Shown here: one piece after another, positions 22,924 through 33,711 of the stretch | How the letters are laid out: each line of letters starts with the position of its first letter | Position numbering within the stretch: position 1 is the first letter of the stretch | DNA from: Picochlorum sp. SENEW3 | Lineage: Eukaryota | Direction of reading: 5' to 3' | Length of the DNA: 64,000 bases | NCBI GenBank assembly: GCA_034226945.1 | Contig: CP120453.1 | Location: 372,001 to 436,000 of the forward strand | Program-made: the position numbers and the translations under genes | Notes under the pieces: generated by a model | Told to the model about the DNA's origin: nothing | Databases searched by the model: none | What the model saw: the letters and a program-made list of their open reading frames with translations, nothing else

Positions 22924-24129
22924 ATGCTCGTTGACCTCAAAATGGGGAATTTAAGCGGGTCCAAAAGAAGTGCATCGACGGCCACCGCCGGTAATCCGGC
23001 CAACATATCGCTTGAGCGCGTGAGGCCATTGTGGCTGTGCGCAGACTCCCCCAAGAGCGACAAATTCTTGGTTCTGGAGGACACGGATACGGGTGACGTC
23101 CTGATGCCTTTGATATATATGAAATCTATTTTGGTAGCGAATTACTCCAGAAAACTCGCGTCGCTGAAGCACCGGGAGGTCAGGGTGCCCCAAAGCAACG
23201 CTCTTGCCAACAAACAGGGGCTCTTGTTTTGGCACTGGGCATTTGAGAGCCCCCACTCCATCAAGGTATTGATCCGTAGAGAGCTGGGGGAGGGGACTCC
23301 TCAGGGTCATCTGCGACTGGTACTCTTGCCCATTGTGTACAACGCCATGTCGTGCAAAGAAGAGTTGCGTGCCCACCCGCTCTTTCCGCCGCTGTACAGG
23401 GCCATGAGGCACTCTAGTTATTGGCCTCTACTGTTAGACCCCGGTAAAGATATTTTGCGGAAGCTAGATGCTACGATTCTCCATGGGGATGGTTCAAACA
23501 AGGTGTTTGATGGCCCAAAGTTGGTCGAGAGCACAGCCATGAAGTACATGTTCATGTTCCGCTCCTTGGAGGAAATGGAAATTAGCAAACGGCTTCGGAC
23601 AACAACGAATCTTACAGAATCTCAGGTAACGAACTCGGCAAGCATTCAGCAGGAAGGAGGTCTTGAGTCTGCGGATGCACAGGAGGATGAGAGAGAAAAG
23701 GGGAGGCCAGGCAGCAGCTTGGTGAGCCAGTTGCTGTCCCAGCAGGCCGATACCGAGGTGAAAGCCAACACGCCCAAGGAGCGAGCGTATAGTGTTACCT
23801 TGAGTACAGATCAGTTGAGAGATATTGTGGAAAGTAGACATCGACAGTTGATGAAAGAGGTGACCTCCTTGAAGGGAAGTGTGTTGGTGATGATGCAATG
23901 CCTTGTCAGCATTCTATCAGACACCGGTGAGAAGCACACCCCTACCAGCCTGCATCACCCACTGCATTCTGCGCCAGCTGCACCCAGATATGATCCGAGC
24001 ATCTATCAGAGGATACCTCCCTGGGAGCCCCCGCTCTACGATCAGCCCAATTTCAGCCAACCACGCCATTTTGGATACACTCAGCATCAAAGCCCCGGCG
24101 AGGTACGAGACTTGACGTCAACTAATTGA
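22924..24129 (+). CDS. Hypothetical protein; possible upstream exon 22694-22762
   Basis: 401-codon ORF with a globular-looking N-terminal half and coiled-coil/Pro-rich tail; family not recognised. Confidence 0.7.
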   Translation: MLVDLKMGNLSGSKRSASTATAGNPANISLERVRPLWLCADSPKSDKFLVLEDTDTGDVLMPLIYMKSILVANYSRKLASLKHREVRVPQSNALANKQGLLFWHWAFESPHSIKVLIRRELGEGTPQGHLRLVLLPIVYNAMSCKEELRAHPLFPPLYRAMRHSSYWPLLLDPGKDILRKLDATILHGDGSNKVFDGPKLVESTAMKYMFMFRSLEEMEISKRLRTTTNLTESQVTNSASIQQEGGLESADAQEDEREKGRPGSSLVSQLLSQQADTEVKANTPKERAYSVTLSTDQLRDIVESRHRQLMKEVTSLKGSVLVMMQCLVSILSDTGEKHTPTSLHHPLHSAPAAPRYDPSIYQRIPPWEPPLYDQPNFSQPRHFGYTQHQSPGEVRDLTSTN

Positions 24130-24390
24130 AATAATCAACTTGCTCATGTTTTCCCAATGTATGTGGTGCAGGCGACCCTTCAACAAATATTGCAAGCACT
24201 TGGTGCAAATCAACGTGCCAAAGTGCCACAAAAGCCTATTATGCCACAAAAGGTGCAGCACCCACAAGATGATGGTGGTCGCAGGGGTGGTTCTCGGAGT
24301 AGGAAGAAAAAATGATGTATGATTGATTGTTAGAAACGAGTTATGTTTCTCTGTACTGTTACAATGAATGTTACTCATGTAATAATGTGT

Positions 24391-25446
24391 CTACTGAAGC
24401 TGACCTGGCCACAAGCAAGTGAGAGGAATTTGCAACCCTTGGACGTCCACGCTGGCTGGGACGTGGCAAACACCAATGTTCGATCCAATATTATTTCCAA
24501 ATGGATTTGCGAGGTGATCTTGCAAGTTCTCAATTGGGCCCTTTCCGGTGGCCTGGGCCTGGAGAGTGAATCCAGCAAAAGCAATCATGGCCAAGCGCCC
24601 ATTCTTGATCTCTCTCGTCTGCATTGTCTTCATGTCTCCCTTTCCAAATCCAAGGGGATCAAACACGCCTCCTGGATATCCTGGTTCTGGGTTTGGAACG
24701 GAGTTATTCTTGAAAATAGGATCCGTGTTCACCGATCCATGCTTGCGGATGTCTTGCCAGCGGCGAACCTCAACCCAATGCATGAGGAGGAATTCCCAGG
24801 CCAACAGTCCTCCGAGGTTCATCTTACCCCCCACTTCGATGGCTGGGAGGTTTTCTGGGAGACCAGACGTGTACCACCACTGCTCTGGGCGCACAATCTC
24901 CTGGGCCAAGATTCCTGCAACTCCGAGCATGGCCCATCTTGCGTGGACCAGCTCGGCAGCCCTATACCAGTTCAAGGCCTTTGGGTCAGCTCCAAGACCG
25001 ATTGGATCGAAACCGCGATCGCCTGCGAGGGACCCATCAAGATAGGTGGGTGGCTCCACCCCAGGGGCCCAAAGACGACGGTCAGCTGCAGCGGCGACAA
25101 CGCGACCGCGAGCTGGGCGTCCAGCAGGACGAGACATCTGCATGTATGAAATGATTTTCGTGAGGCCCTGCTGCAACCAGCCACGATCGCCAAACAACAA
25201 AAGGAGGGGATTCGCGTGTGGAACCTAAACTCCACGTGAGGACCAAAAAAGAAGACGAGAGGTAGCCCGATCCCCTCAAGATCCACCAAGTGAGCTAACA
25301 AATCAATCGAGCGACGATTTCGACCACTATGAGGGCAGGATGTCCCCTGCTCTCCTTGGATACGATGTCCACCGTATCCTGAGGGACACAGAGAAAAGAC
25401 AGCAACGTACCACTGGATTGAAAGTGCGGGAGACTGTGGCCTGCAT
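24391..25446 (-). CDS. LHCA5: PSI light-harvesting chlorophyll a/b protein, chlorophyte LHCA5-type; exons 25446-25411 and 25137-24391
   Basis: GDRGFDPIGLG, ELVHARWAMLG, EVRRWQD, EIKNGRLAM, and the C-terminal VDVQGLQIPLTCLWPG typical of chlorophyte Lhca5. Transit exon MQATVSRTFNPV. Confidence 0.88.
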
Positions 25447-25850
25447 CTTGTTTTGACGGTTTTCTTTGAATTCTATAATATCGCTCCTGCCAGCAGACGT
25501 ATGGGATCAGGGGGGGTGATCTCCATGATGGCCTTTGGCGAACACAATCTGCTTCTCATCCTGATGGGCGTTTTGGCACATCGGTCGGAGGATCGAGTGG
25601 ATAGGAGGCCCGCACACAACTGCCTTCCATCGCATGCAGTGCTCAACATTTGCGCAGCTCATCGTTTCTCGGCCTGAATGCGAATATCTGGTCTGCCCGT
25701 CCGCGAAATTTTCTCCGGTGGATTGAGGTGAACACCAGCACTCTACAAGGGATGCAGTGTTCCGTTGACAGACAACCCACACTAAATAAATTGTTGAGCG
25801 CTGTTGGTTAGAGAGAGATAATAACAGCCCCTTGAATAATGTCCTAGGCA

Positions 25851-27380
25851 ATGGAGGCGTTTCGATCCTGTCTGAGGCATTCGAGAAAGCTCGCGCTTGT
25901 GAGCCAAGCACAGGAGTGTCAGTACATGGACGTTGTCTCACAAGCTCTGCGGGTGAGGTATGGTTTGATCGAGGAGACATCAACTCTCAACAGAGATTGC
26001 TTTCACCCCGATTCGAAACACCTGGGGGGGTGTGCTGAGCAGCCGAGGGTTGCCATTATGGCATCTCGAGGCACAAACTTTGTGTCAGGCATGTTTGCAT
26101 CCTGGATGATCAAAGGGATTGCAATGCCCCTATGTCCCTCTCATCCGGATCACGAGATCGAATATCTACTGCGGGATTCAGATCCTTCGGTCATACTATG
26201 TGACGATGCACACGCGGAGCGCATGAAGCACGTAGGGGCTACCCTGTCCATACCTGTTCACCCAGTCCTCAGTGGCCGTGCTGATTCCCTGTCCGCCGAT
26301 ACTCTATTAGAGCAGTCTATTCAAGGAATACAAGAGGTAGACGAACAGGACGGTGCGCTGATGCTGTACACGTCTGGAACTACAGGGCGGCCTAAAGGCG
26401 TGGTGCATACCCATGGAAGTCTTTCTGCTCAGATGCATTCCATTGCCAAGGCTTGGGAAATGCGTCCTTCAGATAGGGTCCTGCACTGTTTACCCTTACA
26501 TCATGTACATGGGGTGGTAAATGCGCTTCTGACGCCGCTGTTTGTCGGTGGGACAGTGGAGATGTTGCAAAAATTTTCTGTGACTGATGTCCTTCAGACC
26601 CTTGAGAGGGGTGGTGTCAGCATATTCATGGGGGTGCCCACGATGTACTCGTTCCTTGCAAAGGGGATGGACGAATCGTACAATGTGAAGAACTTGCAAC
26701 GTCTACGGGCGTGGATTTGCGGCTCTGCTGCGTGTCCCCTGCCCCTGCTGCAGACATGGAAGCACATGGTTGGGTCATACCCTTTGGAGAGGTATGGCAT
26801 GACTGAAACAGGCATGATTCTGGGAAATCCTTTACAGGAAGATCTAAGGAAACCAGGAACGGTCGGCCTGCCTTTTCCGGGCATGGAAGTAGATCTTAGG
26901 AATGATGGAGAGCTCTTCTGCCGGGGAAGACAGCTCTTCCGTGGATACTGGGGACTCCCAGAGGTGACCTTGACGAGTTTCGATCATGATGGTTGGTTCT
27001 GCACTGGTGATACGGCTGAAGAGGATGGCGATGGCTACATATCTTTGCTTGGACGCACATCCTCCGATATCATTAAGAGTGGAGGGTACAAGATTTCTGC
27101 CCTGCACGTTGAATCTGCCTTGCTCGAGCACCCATCAGTGGATGAGGCCTGCGTATTTGGTGTTCAAGATGCTGATTACGGTGAAAAAATCGTCGCGGTA
27201 CTTTGTGGGCTTCCAGACAGCCTGACTGACAGCGACTTATTGACCTGGTGCGGCGGCAGATTGGCCCCCTACCAGGTTCCCACAAGGTTTTTGAGGCTGG
27301 ATCATCTGCCTAGGAACGCGATGGGAAAAGTGAATAAACGAGCTTTGAAAGAGAAATTGATGCATGATATATCGCAGTAA
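25851..27380 (+). CDS. Malonate-CoA ligase / ACSF3-like acyl-CoA synthetase
   Basis: YTSGTTGRPKG, LPLHHVHG, ERYGMTETGM, GRTSSDIIKSGGYKISAL, PRNAMGKVNK. Confidence 0.9.
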   Translation: MEAFRSCLRHSRKLALVSQAQECQYMDVVSQALRVRYGLIEETSTLNRDCFHPDSKHLGGCAEQPRVAIMASRGTNFVSGMFASWMIKGIAMPLCPSHPDHEIEYLLRDSDPSVILCDDAHAERMKHVGATLSIPVHPVLSGRADSLSADTLLEQSIQGIQEVDEQDGALMLYTSGTTGRPKGVVHTHGSLSAQMHSIAKAWEMRPSDRVLHCLPLHHVHGVVNALLTPLFVGGTVEMLQKFSVTDVLQTLERGGVSIFMGVPTMYSFLAKGMDESYNVKNLQRLRAWICGSAACPLPLLQTWKHMVGSYPLERYGMTETGMILGNPLQEDLRKPGTVGLPFPGMEVDLRNDGELFCRGRQLFRGYWGLPEVTLTSFDHDGWFCTGDTAEEDGDGYISLLGRTSSDIIKSGGYKISALHVESALLEHPSVDEACVFGVQDADYGEKIVAVLCGLPDSLTDSDLLTWCGGRLAPYQVPTRFLRLDHLPRNAMGKVNKRALKEKLMHDISQ

Positions 27381-27386
27381 AAATTT

Positions 27387-28951
27387 TTATTCCGCCAAAG
27401 CCTCCTCCAGTGCCGACAGCATACTTTCCTCCTCCTGATCAGAGCCTGCCATCTCATCATGGTTGATCCCATTGGCGATCTCTGCGTCATCGAAAGGAAA
27501 CTTGTGCTCCGGGCACACGATGCCAAAACTTCTAATTGCTTCATCTCTCGCATGAATGAATGAAACATCCCCAGGATGATTGTGACACACTGCAAAGTTT
27601 GGTAGAGCACTCTGGCCATCAGGAGTGCAGCTCTCCGAGGCAACAAAACATGCAAAAGCCACTTTTGGGCGCTCGTGACCGGGGGACTGTTCCTCTTTAA
27701 AAATCGTACTACAATCGAGATGCCTCTGCAAAACACCTTTGAGTTCTGCGACACAGTCAACCTCCGAGTTGCCCTTGTGAACGGTCCATACATGGAGGCA
27801 AGACCATCCGGACGGGCAGTGGTACGTAGAATCATCCAGCTGCAGCATCCACACTGCCATGCCCTGAGCAGATCCCCTAGGAATAACTGACAGGCATTGG
27901 TGGTGGTCCATGAACACCCTCCCCAACACGAGAGCGTAACACCGGCAAACTGTCTCTCTGTCTTTCTCCCAACAAACATGGACCTGGGCTGGATGTGGCA
28001 AGCACTCTTGGCTTGCGGCTATGGAGGACGCATGGATCACTTGTCCGTTGGCTAATCTAATATGGTATGCTCTTTCTTTGTAACGAATCTCCTCGACATG
28101 GCATCGCAGGCACTGGGTGGCTCCATGGACAGCTGCTGTCCTGCAAAATGCTTGAGACAACTCTGCAGTCCCATGGATGGGATACAAAAAGGGGCCGGTT
28201 CCAGGGCCGTACTTTCCCCCCGAGCGACCATACAGTTCTACAAGGTTTCGTGCCTCGGAAGTGCTCAACTTTGAAACATCGTGCCGTAAAAGCACGCCAT
28301 GAACAAATCTATCGACCAAATCAACATCGTCACATCCAAACCTGGCAAGCAATTCTCCTGTCAGGTCCACATCCTCCTCTTCGCCCAAAATTCCCTTTAG
28401 CGTCTTCATTAGAACGTGTTTTTGTTTCAGGCTCATGGACGTGTCTTTGAAAATTTCGGCTCGGGAAGCCGCTATTGGAACAAACGATGACGAGGAATCC
28501 TGCCACATGAGCCTCCCTCGGACTAGCTTAAATTCAGTGTAATTGTGGGCTCCTGTTTTCAGAAGAAGGGATATCAGAGGACCATCTCCATACAATACTT
28601 TTGGCGAAACATCAAACAGAGCTCTGGCCAGGAGACGAGGCTCCAGGACTGAAGCAAATTCATCCACAGCATCATATACCCGGCATGCCCCTTTGAAATG
28701 TTCAGCGAGCTCACGGCACGGCAGGGTGCTCGATGTCCCGCCATAGTAGCTCACCGCATCAATCTGTAAAACTTTAACGCCACAGTAGGCGGCAGACCTG
28801 CGCCAGCATCAAGATTGTCACGTGTTGACAACAACAAGGAGTCTACAAGGCAGTTGAGAAACACGTACGCGGCAACCAGCGACTCTACCAGACCGGTGCC
28901 AACAACGACAACATCGAATTTCTCTGGAGATATCAGGGAGTGCTCCCCCAT
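27387..28951 (-). CDS. Rab escort protein (GDI/REP family); exons 28951-28869 and 28797-27387
   Basis: FDVVVVGTGLVESLVAA, YYGG, SRAEIF, PFLYPIHGTAELSQAFCRTAAVHGA. Confidence 0.88.
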
Positions 28952-29282
28952 ATGGCCTTGGATCCGATCCGTTCGACTACCGAAAATTCAAACTGAAGCA
29001 CGGCGCAACGACCTCGCAATTCTCATCCATCCACAAGAATGTTCACCATTGCCCAAGAGTTTAAATGTCAAATCGCGTTTGAGGATGCCGGTTGTCGCGT
29101 CGTTTTCTCTTCTGAAACCCGGATTTCTTCTCTCAGGTGGCCATGCCATGATGGCCACCCAATCAAGAGGCGCTTTCGAATCGTCATCACCCTCACAAGA
29201 GGAAGGCACGCCTCTCCAGGAACACAGTCCGTTTTCAACTAAAAATAATTCTTCAAAAACCAATATCCCCACCTACTCCGCG

Positions 29283-29828
29283 ATGCTCTTGTCGACTCAG
29301 AAGAGTGCCTGTGTGGCTGTCAGGTTCTCCTTCCGCACTGTATCTCGTGCGAGGAGTATGAGGGCATATACACGTGTATACAGTTCTTCTACTTCTCAAA
29401 TTCAGGGAAATGCGAACTGGAAGGTGAAGATGTTGTACGATGGAGACTGCCCTTTATGCTTGAGAGAGGTGAACATGCTCAAGAAGAGAGACTCAGGAAA
29501 GGGCAACATTTGCTTTGTTGACATTGCCGATCCTGAGTACAGGCCAGAAGATAATGCAGGTATAACCTTCGAGCAAAGCATGGAAACCATCCATGCGATT
29601 CTTCCAAATGGTGAGGTGGTGACCCAAATCAGTGCCTTCAAGAAGCTCTACGAGGTTGTAGGACTTGGTTGGGTGTATGCAGCCACCAGCATTCCCGCGG
29701 TGGAGAAGGCTCTGAACGCAATCTATTCTGTATGGGCAAAGTATAGACTGCCGCTTACAGGCCGACCTGAACTGTCGGTGATTCTGGCAGAAAAGAAGAC
29801 GTGCAGAGAAAACTCCGTAAATAAATAA
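29283..29828 (+). CDS. DCC-family (DUF393) thiol-disulfide oxidoreductase, plastid-type
   Basis: KMLYDGDCPLCLREV, VGLGWVYA, WAKYRLPLTGRP. Start placed at the transit-like Met 29283. Confidence 0.88.
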   Translation: MLLSTQKSACVAVRFSFRTVSRARSMRAYTRVYSSSTSQIQGNANWKVKMLYDGDCPLCLREVNMLKKRDSGKGNICFVDIADPEYRPEDNAGITFEQSMETIHAILPNGEVVTQISAFKKLYEVVGLGWVYAATSIPAVEKALNAIYSVWAKYRLPLTGRPELSVILAEKKTCRENSVNK

Positions 29829-30128
29829 ATAAATAATAAACATGCAGTGCATCGGAAGTCCGACAACGCGGGCAGGCAAGTGACGACACGTGGAAATCGT
29901 GTCGAGGTTGAAACCTGCAGAACAGTGACAGTGGACCACAATGACAAATATTTGAGGCAATTTCTGGAAATATTCAAGAATTTCTTTGTTGATGGGAGAG
30001 AGATAAGACGCTTACAGTACGAGTGCATCTGTCAGAAAACTTGGGACGAACAAATACGCAGAAGAAACAAAGCATTTACCCCGAAAATTTCATCAAGTGT
30101 CACGCTTTTCGAACGTAATTCATCGAAT

Positions 30129-30741
30129 ATGAACGGAGCAAAACTTTTATTGGCCTGCATGGCCTGTGTGGCCCTTTCTATCCCAGCGTGCCTAGCAGTC
30201 ACGTGCGACTCGTTCACGGACCCCGAGCAGTGCAATGGCGTCATGACGGATGCTGGAGAATGCATGTGGAACGAAGAAGAATCTGTGTGCGAATTAGGTG
30301 CAGGAGGGCTGCCGGATGGCATGGTTGGCATCACTGCCATTCCAGAGTCTGAGGGAGGTATGTACCAGGTCCTTGGTGGTTGACCTGAATGATCTTTGAT
30401 ACGCCCTAACCCGTTGTCTCCCTCTGTATTTGTATGCAGGGAACGAAGGAATACCTTTCCCAACGAATGATACCTTTTGCACACAGCCAGCACAACAGGG
30501 TATGTGCCGGGCATACATTCCAGCATTTTATTTTGACGCTGCCACCAATTCTTGCGAACCCTTCGTGTACGGAGGCTGTGATGGTAATATGAACAATTTC
30601 GAAACAGGAGAACTGTGTAAAGAGGCAGCTGAAGAGTTTTGCACCGACGAGGTAGTGACAATCTCGAGCGGTGCCATTGGGTTGAGGGCAACTGCTCTCC
30701 TGCTGGGCATGGTGATGGCCACCATGGCGCAACTCATTTGA
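30129..30741 (+). CDS. Secreted, probably GPI-anchored protein with 4-Cys module and BPTI/Kunitz domain (copy 1); exons 30129-30357 and 30440-30741
   Basis: Signal peptide; C-x8-C-x15-C-x7-C-x12-C with FVYGGC and GNxNNF; hydrophobic C-terminal tail; in-frame intron 30358-30439. Confidence 0.87.
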
Positions 30742-30779
30742 TTTGAACGGCGTGACAAATAATAATAATTCATTTCCAC

Positions 30780-30784
30780 TGTAA
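30780..30784 (+). terminator. TGTAA chlorophyte-type polyadenylation signal (representative example)
   Basis: TGTAA recurs shortly after + strand stops (3544, 9705, 12183, 30780, 43032, 54366, 57515, 59163, 62896). Confidence 0.55.
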
Positions 30785-30850
30785 AACGATTTAGGATATA
30801 TATTGACTTGTTTGGAAGGAGAATATTCACAACTCAAAAGGAAGGTGAGA

Positions 30851-31131
30851 ATGTCCAAGACAGTGGACCACAATCTGATCCGAGACCCCGAACTCATTGA
30901 CGTTGCTGACGAATCTTGGGCGGAAGAATTGCCTGTAGAAGGTGTGAGATAAATGAAATGAATATTTAGTGCACTTGAGTGGGATTGACTCAAAGGAGTG
31001 GGATGGTTGCAGAGGCGATTCTGCCCGCTGGGGGTGCTCCGTCCTTGGCCGACGAGAACGAAGACGGTGGGGAAATTTCTCAGCCAGAGAAGATGACATG
31101 GACGGAACTAGGACTGGACGAATACCGATGA
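30851..31131 (+). CDS. APC13: Anaphase-promoting complex subunit 13; exons 30851-30941 and 31013-31131 (69 aa, not in ORF track)
   Basis: Spliced product MSKTVDHNLIRDPELIDVADESWAEELPVEEAILP...EKMTWTELGLDEYR matches the APC13 pattern RD-x-x-L-x-D-x-x-D-x-x-W...LP...WTxLxL. Confidence 0.85.
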
Positions 31132-31149
31132 AGGCTGTGGCTGTGTCAT

Positions 31150-33264
31150 TTACATGGTGAATCCTTTTAAAAAATCCCCAATATCCAGGTTGGCATCACC
31201 ATGTGCTACAGCATCCTTCTCCTCGGGAAGTTCAATCTTGTTGGCAGATGCTTTGCAATCTACTACCCCAGAGGATCCCAAACTCTCGTCGAGAAGGACA
31301 GCTTTGCACTCCCTGAGCCACGCTATGCATTCCGCCAAGGCATCATCGATGGAATCCTCGCCTCGGTGTTTCCCCTCAAACTCTGCTCGAGAACACCCAG
31401 GCAACACCGTCGAAGAACCGCTGACCTTCTTCTCAGCCTTGCTGGAGTATTTCTGCAACAGTGTATTATTCACATCTGGTCTCTGAAAGCCTAAGACAGA
31501 GGAAATGAAAGAGAGGGACAAGGATGGCTTGAATGCACTGACAAACTGAGTCAATGCAAGGAATCTCAGCTTTGGAACCACCAAATCCATCAACGCTCTC
31601 CCGAGCGCGGGGGCTGATTCATACAATTTGAAAAACAAAGCGTAATTCTGGGACACTAGCGCCCGCCGCACGCGAAGAGCATGCTTGATGTTTGGGTGGT
31701 TGCTCATGTTTGGGGTTGACCCCACCTCCTGCAATGTGTTCAAAAGACCGACGAGTTCGCCTTTGCTTGCGTGAACAGTCTGATATAAAATACGATATGC
31801 AATAAACTCTGACTGGCAGTCTCTGGGACTACGTATCCCTTCGGAATACAGCGAACGGAGCTGGCCTTGGCATTGGTTGTACTCTGCAATATCCCCATAC
31901 TCTAATGCTGCCCTCGCATGGGCTTCGTATATTTCTACGGCCAACCCTCCCTTAATTGCTTGAACAACACAATCTTGTCTCATACCTTTGAATTGGTCCT
32001 GCGCATAAAAATAATTAACATCCCCTGACGCAATCAACCCAACCAACCTTCCCAAGGCTTTGCGAAGGACTGGTTCAGGCCTCACAGTCGAAGGGTCAGG
32101 GGCTGAGGTTAGTCTAAAATAGCTCTTTTCTAACTTTTTGCAAGTTCCCTGTAAGGCAAACAAAAGCAAAATAAGACCGAGACGAACCACGCAAGACATC
32201 ACAAAGATGCCACGTTGGCTGGAAATGACATCAACAGACCTTTAGTGCAAACAAATCCCAATTGATCTGCTCACTCTCGCCTGCAACACTTTTCAGCATG
32301 GTAGCAATCTTGGATTTAGAGTGAGCAGCTCTCTTACTGCTTTTCATATTCTTCTTGTACATTTTATTATCATTTTCAAACCTCCCAGCCCGCTGCTGAC
32401 GCCTGACCTCTTCGTCATCAGCATATGCCCCACCCTGCGAAACATCGCTATTGCTATCGCTATCTTGGAATTCAGAGAAACGTCTTTTTCTACCAGGTTT
32501 TTCAATATTAAATCTCACCATTGAGGGTTTTGCTATGTTGGAGCTACTCTGCATTGGTCTAGGAGCACGCGTGCCCCACTGCTGCAGTCCTGGGGGCTGG
32601 CTGGGCCTCACATCGAATCTGCTCGCAGGTCTGGGGCTTGGAGAATGCAAAGTAGAAAAACGAATAACAATCGCCGCCGCGTCGTCCGGTTTTAGGCTCA
32701 AATCAGGGATAGGGATTTTGTCCCATGCCCTGGAATAGAGCTCTCCCCTACTCTGAGCATCCTGGATGATTGTTCTCAATATACTCTGCAGGTTTACTCG
32801 TTGGCTGGGTCGACATGACTTGAAGCATCTCTCGACGTATTGCCGCACCGCAGCAGGCCACTGACTCGGGCTCATCTGGGCAACTGGTCTGGTGGCCGGC
32901 GATGGAGTGCCCACTGCTGTGTATGCTGGTCTCGGTGTCGTAGACGTCGATGTGGGGCGAAACTCGTGATGCGGTCGTACTTGCCCCGCAGTTCGCATCG
33001 GGTGTTGATTGTACCCCATTGGTGTTCCCCCAGATGGCCTCGCGTAACTATTGTGCATGGGCAGAGTCGTCTGTTGCTGTCCCCCGTGCTGACCAGACAC
33101 AACGCTACTGTAGGATGCCATGGGCTGCATATAAAAAATAGTATCGATAGTGAACATGTATAATACACTCACGTCCTCCATGCCGAGCAGTAGAACTCTA
33201 TGACCCTGCTACCACGTACCACTGTCGGTTTGTAGCCACCAGACTGTCCACCCTGCTGCGACAT
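31150..33264 (-). CDS. SAC3/GANP/THP3 (LENG8-like) protein, multi-exon; first exon uncertain
   Basis: YVERCF, LEKSYFRLTSAPDPSTVRPE, QFKGMRQD, YEAHARAALEYGDIAEYNQCQ, EFIAYRILY. Confidence 0.88.
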
Positions 33265-33711
33265 TCTGTGCACAAAGGAATGGATTCGATAAAGCAATTA
33301 AAACAAGATAAAGGTCAAGCTATTGCGTGGGAAACCCAGGTACCACAAGAGTTACGAAGTCGTCATCGTCGCAATCGGTGTGCCTGTACTATACCAACAA
33401 TATATCGGATGTATGTATGTATTACAGTTGTCAATTTCAAATGATTGACGAGTGCGAATGTCGTGGCCTGTCTGTCTAGAGGGGAGATTCGAGGTTGAGA
33501 TCTCTCTAGAGATCGATCTCTCTAGATCTCTCTAGAGGATTTATTTTACCGTCTTTCGATGCATTGCAATACCTATGTGGCGTAATACATTATATTGAAG
33601 GAAATTTTGAGGTGCGGAGACTCAATTTTGGACGAGAGTGTCAAACAGTTGAGAGCAGTCAACTTTGTGGCAAATTCGAAAGACACGTGACGCAAAAGTT
33701 TTGGGGGAGCA

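Noticed and set aside
24343..25149. Long + strand ORF of 268 aa, and similar antisense ORFs at 9715, 44437, 50715 and 63348
   Set aside because: Antisense shadows of conserved genes (LHCA5, MIPS, PAF1, IMPDH, FtsH) with no motifs of their own
28815..29282. Long N-terminal extension of the DCC ORF
   Set aside because: Starts at a non-ATG codon and overlaps the divergent REP first exon and promoter; Met 29283 gives a normal transit peptide
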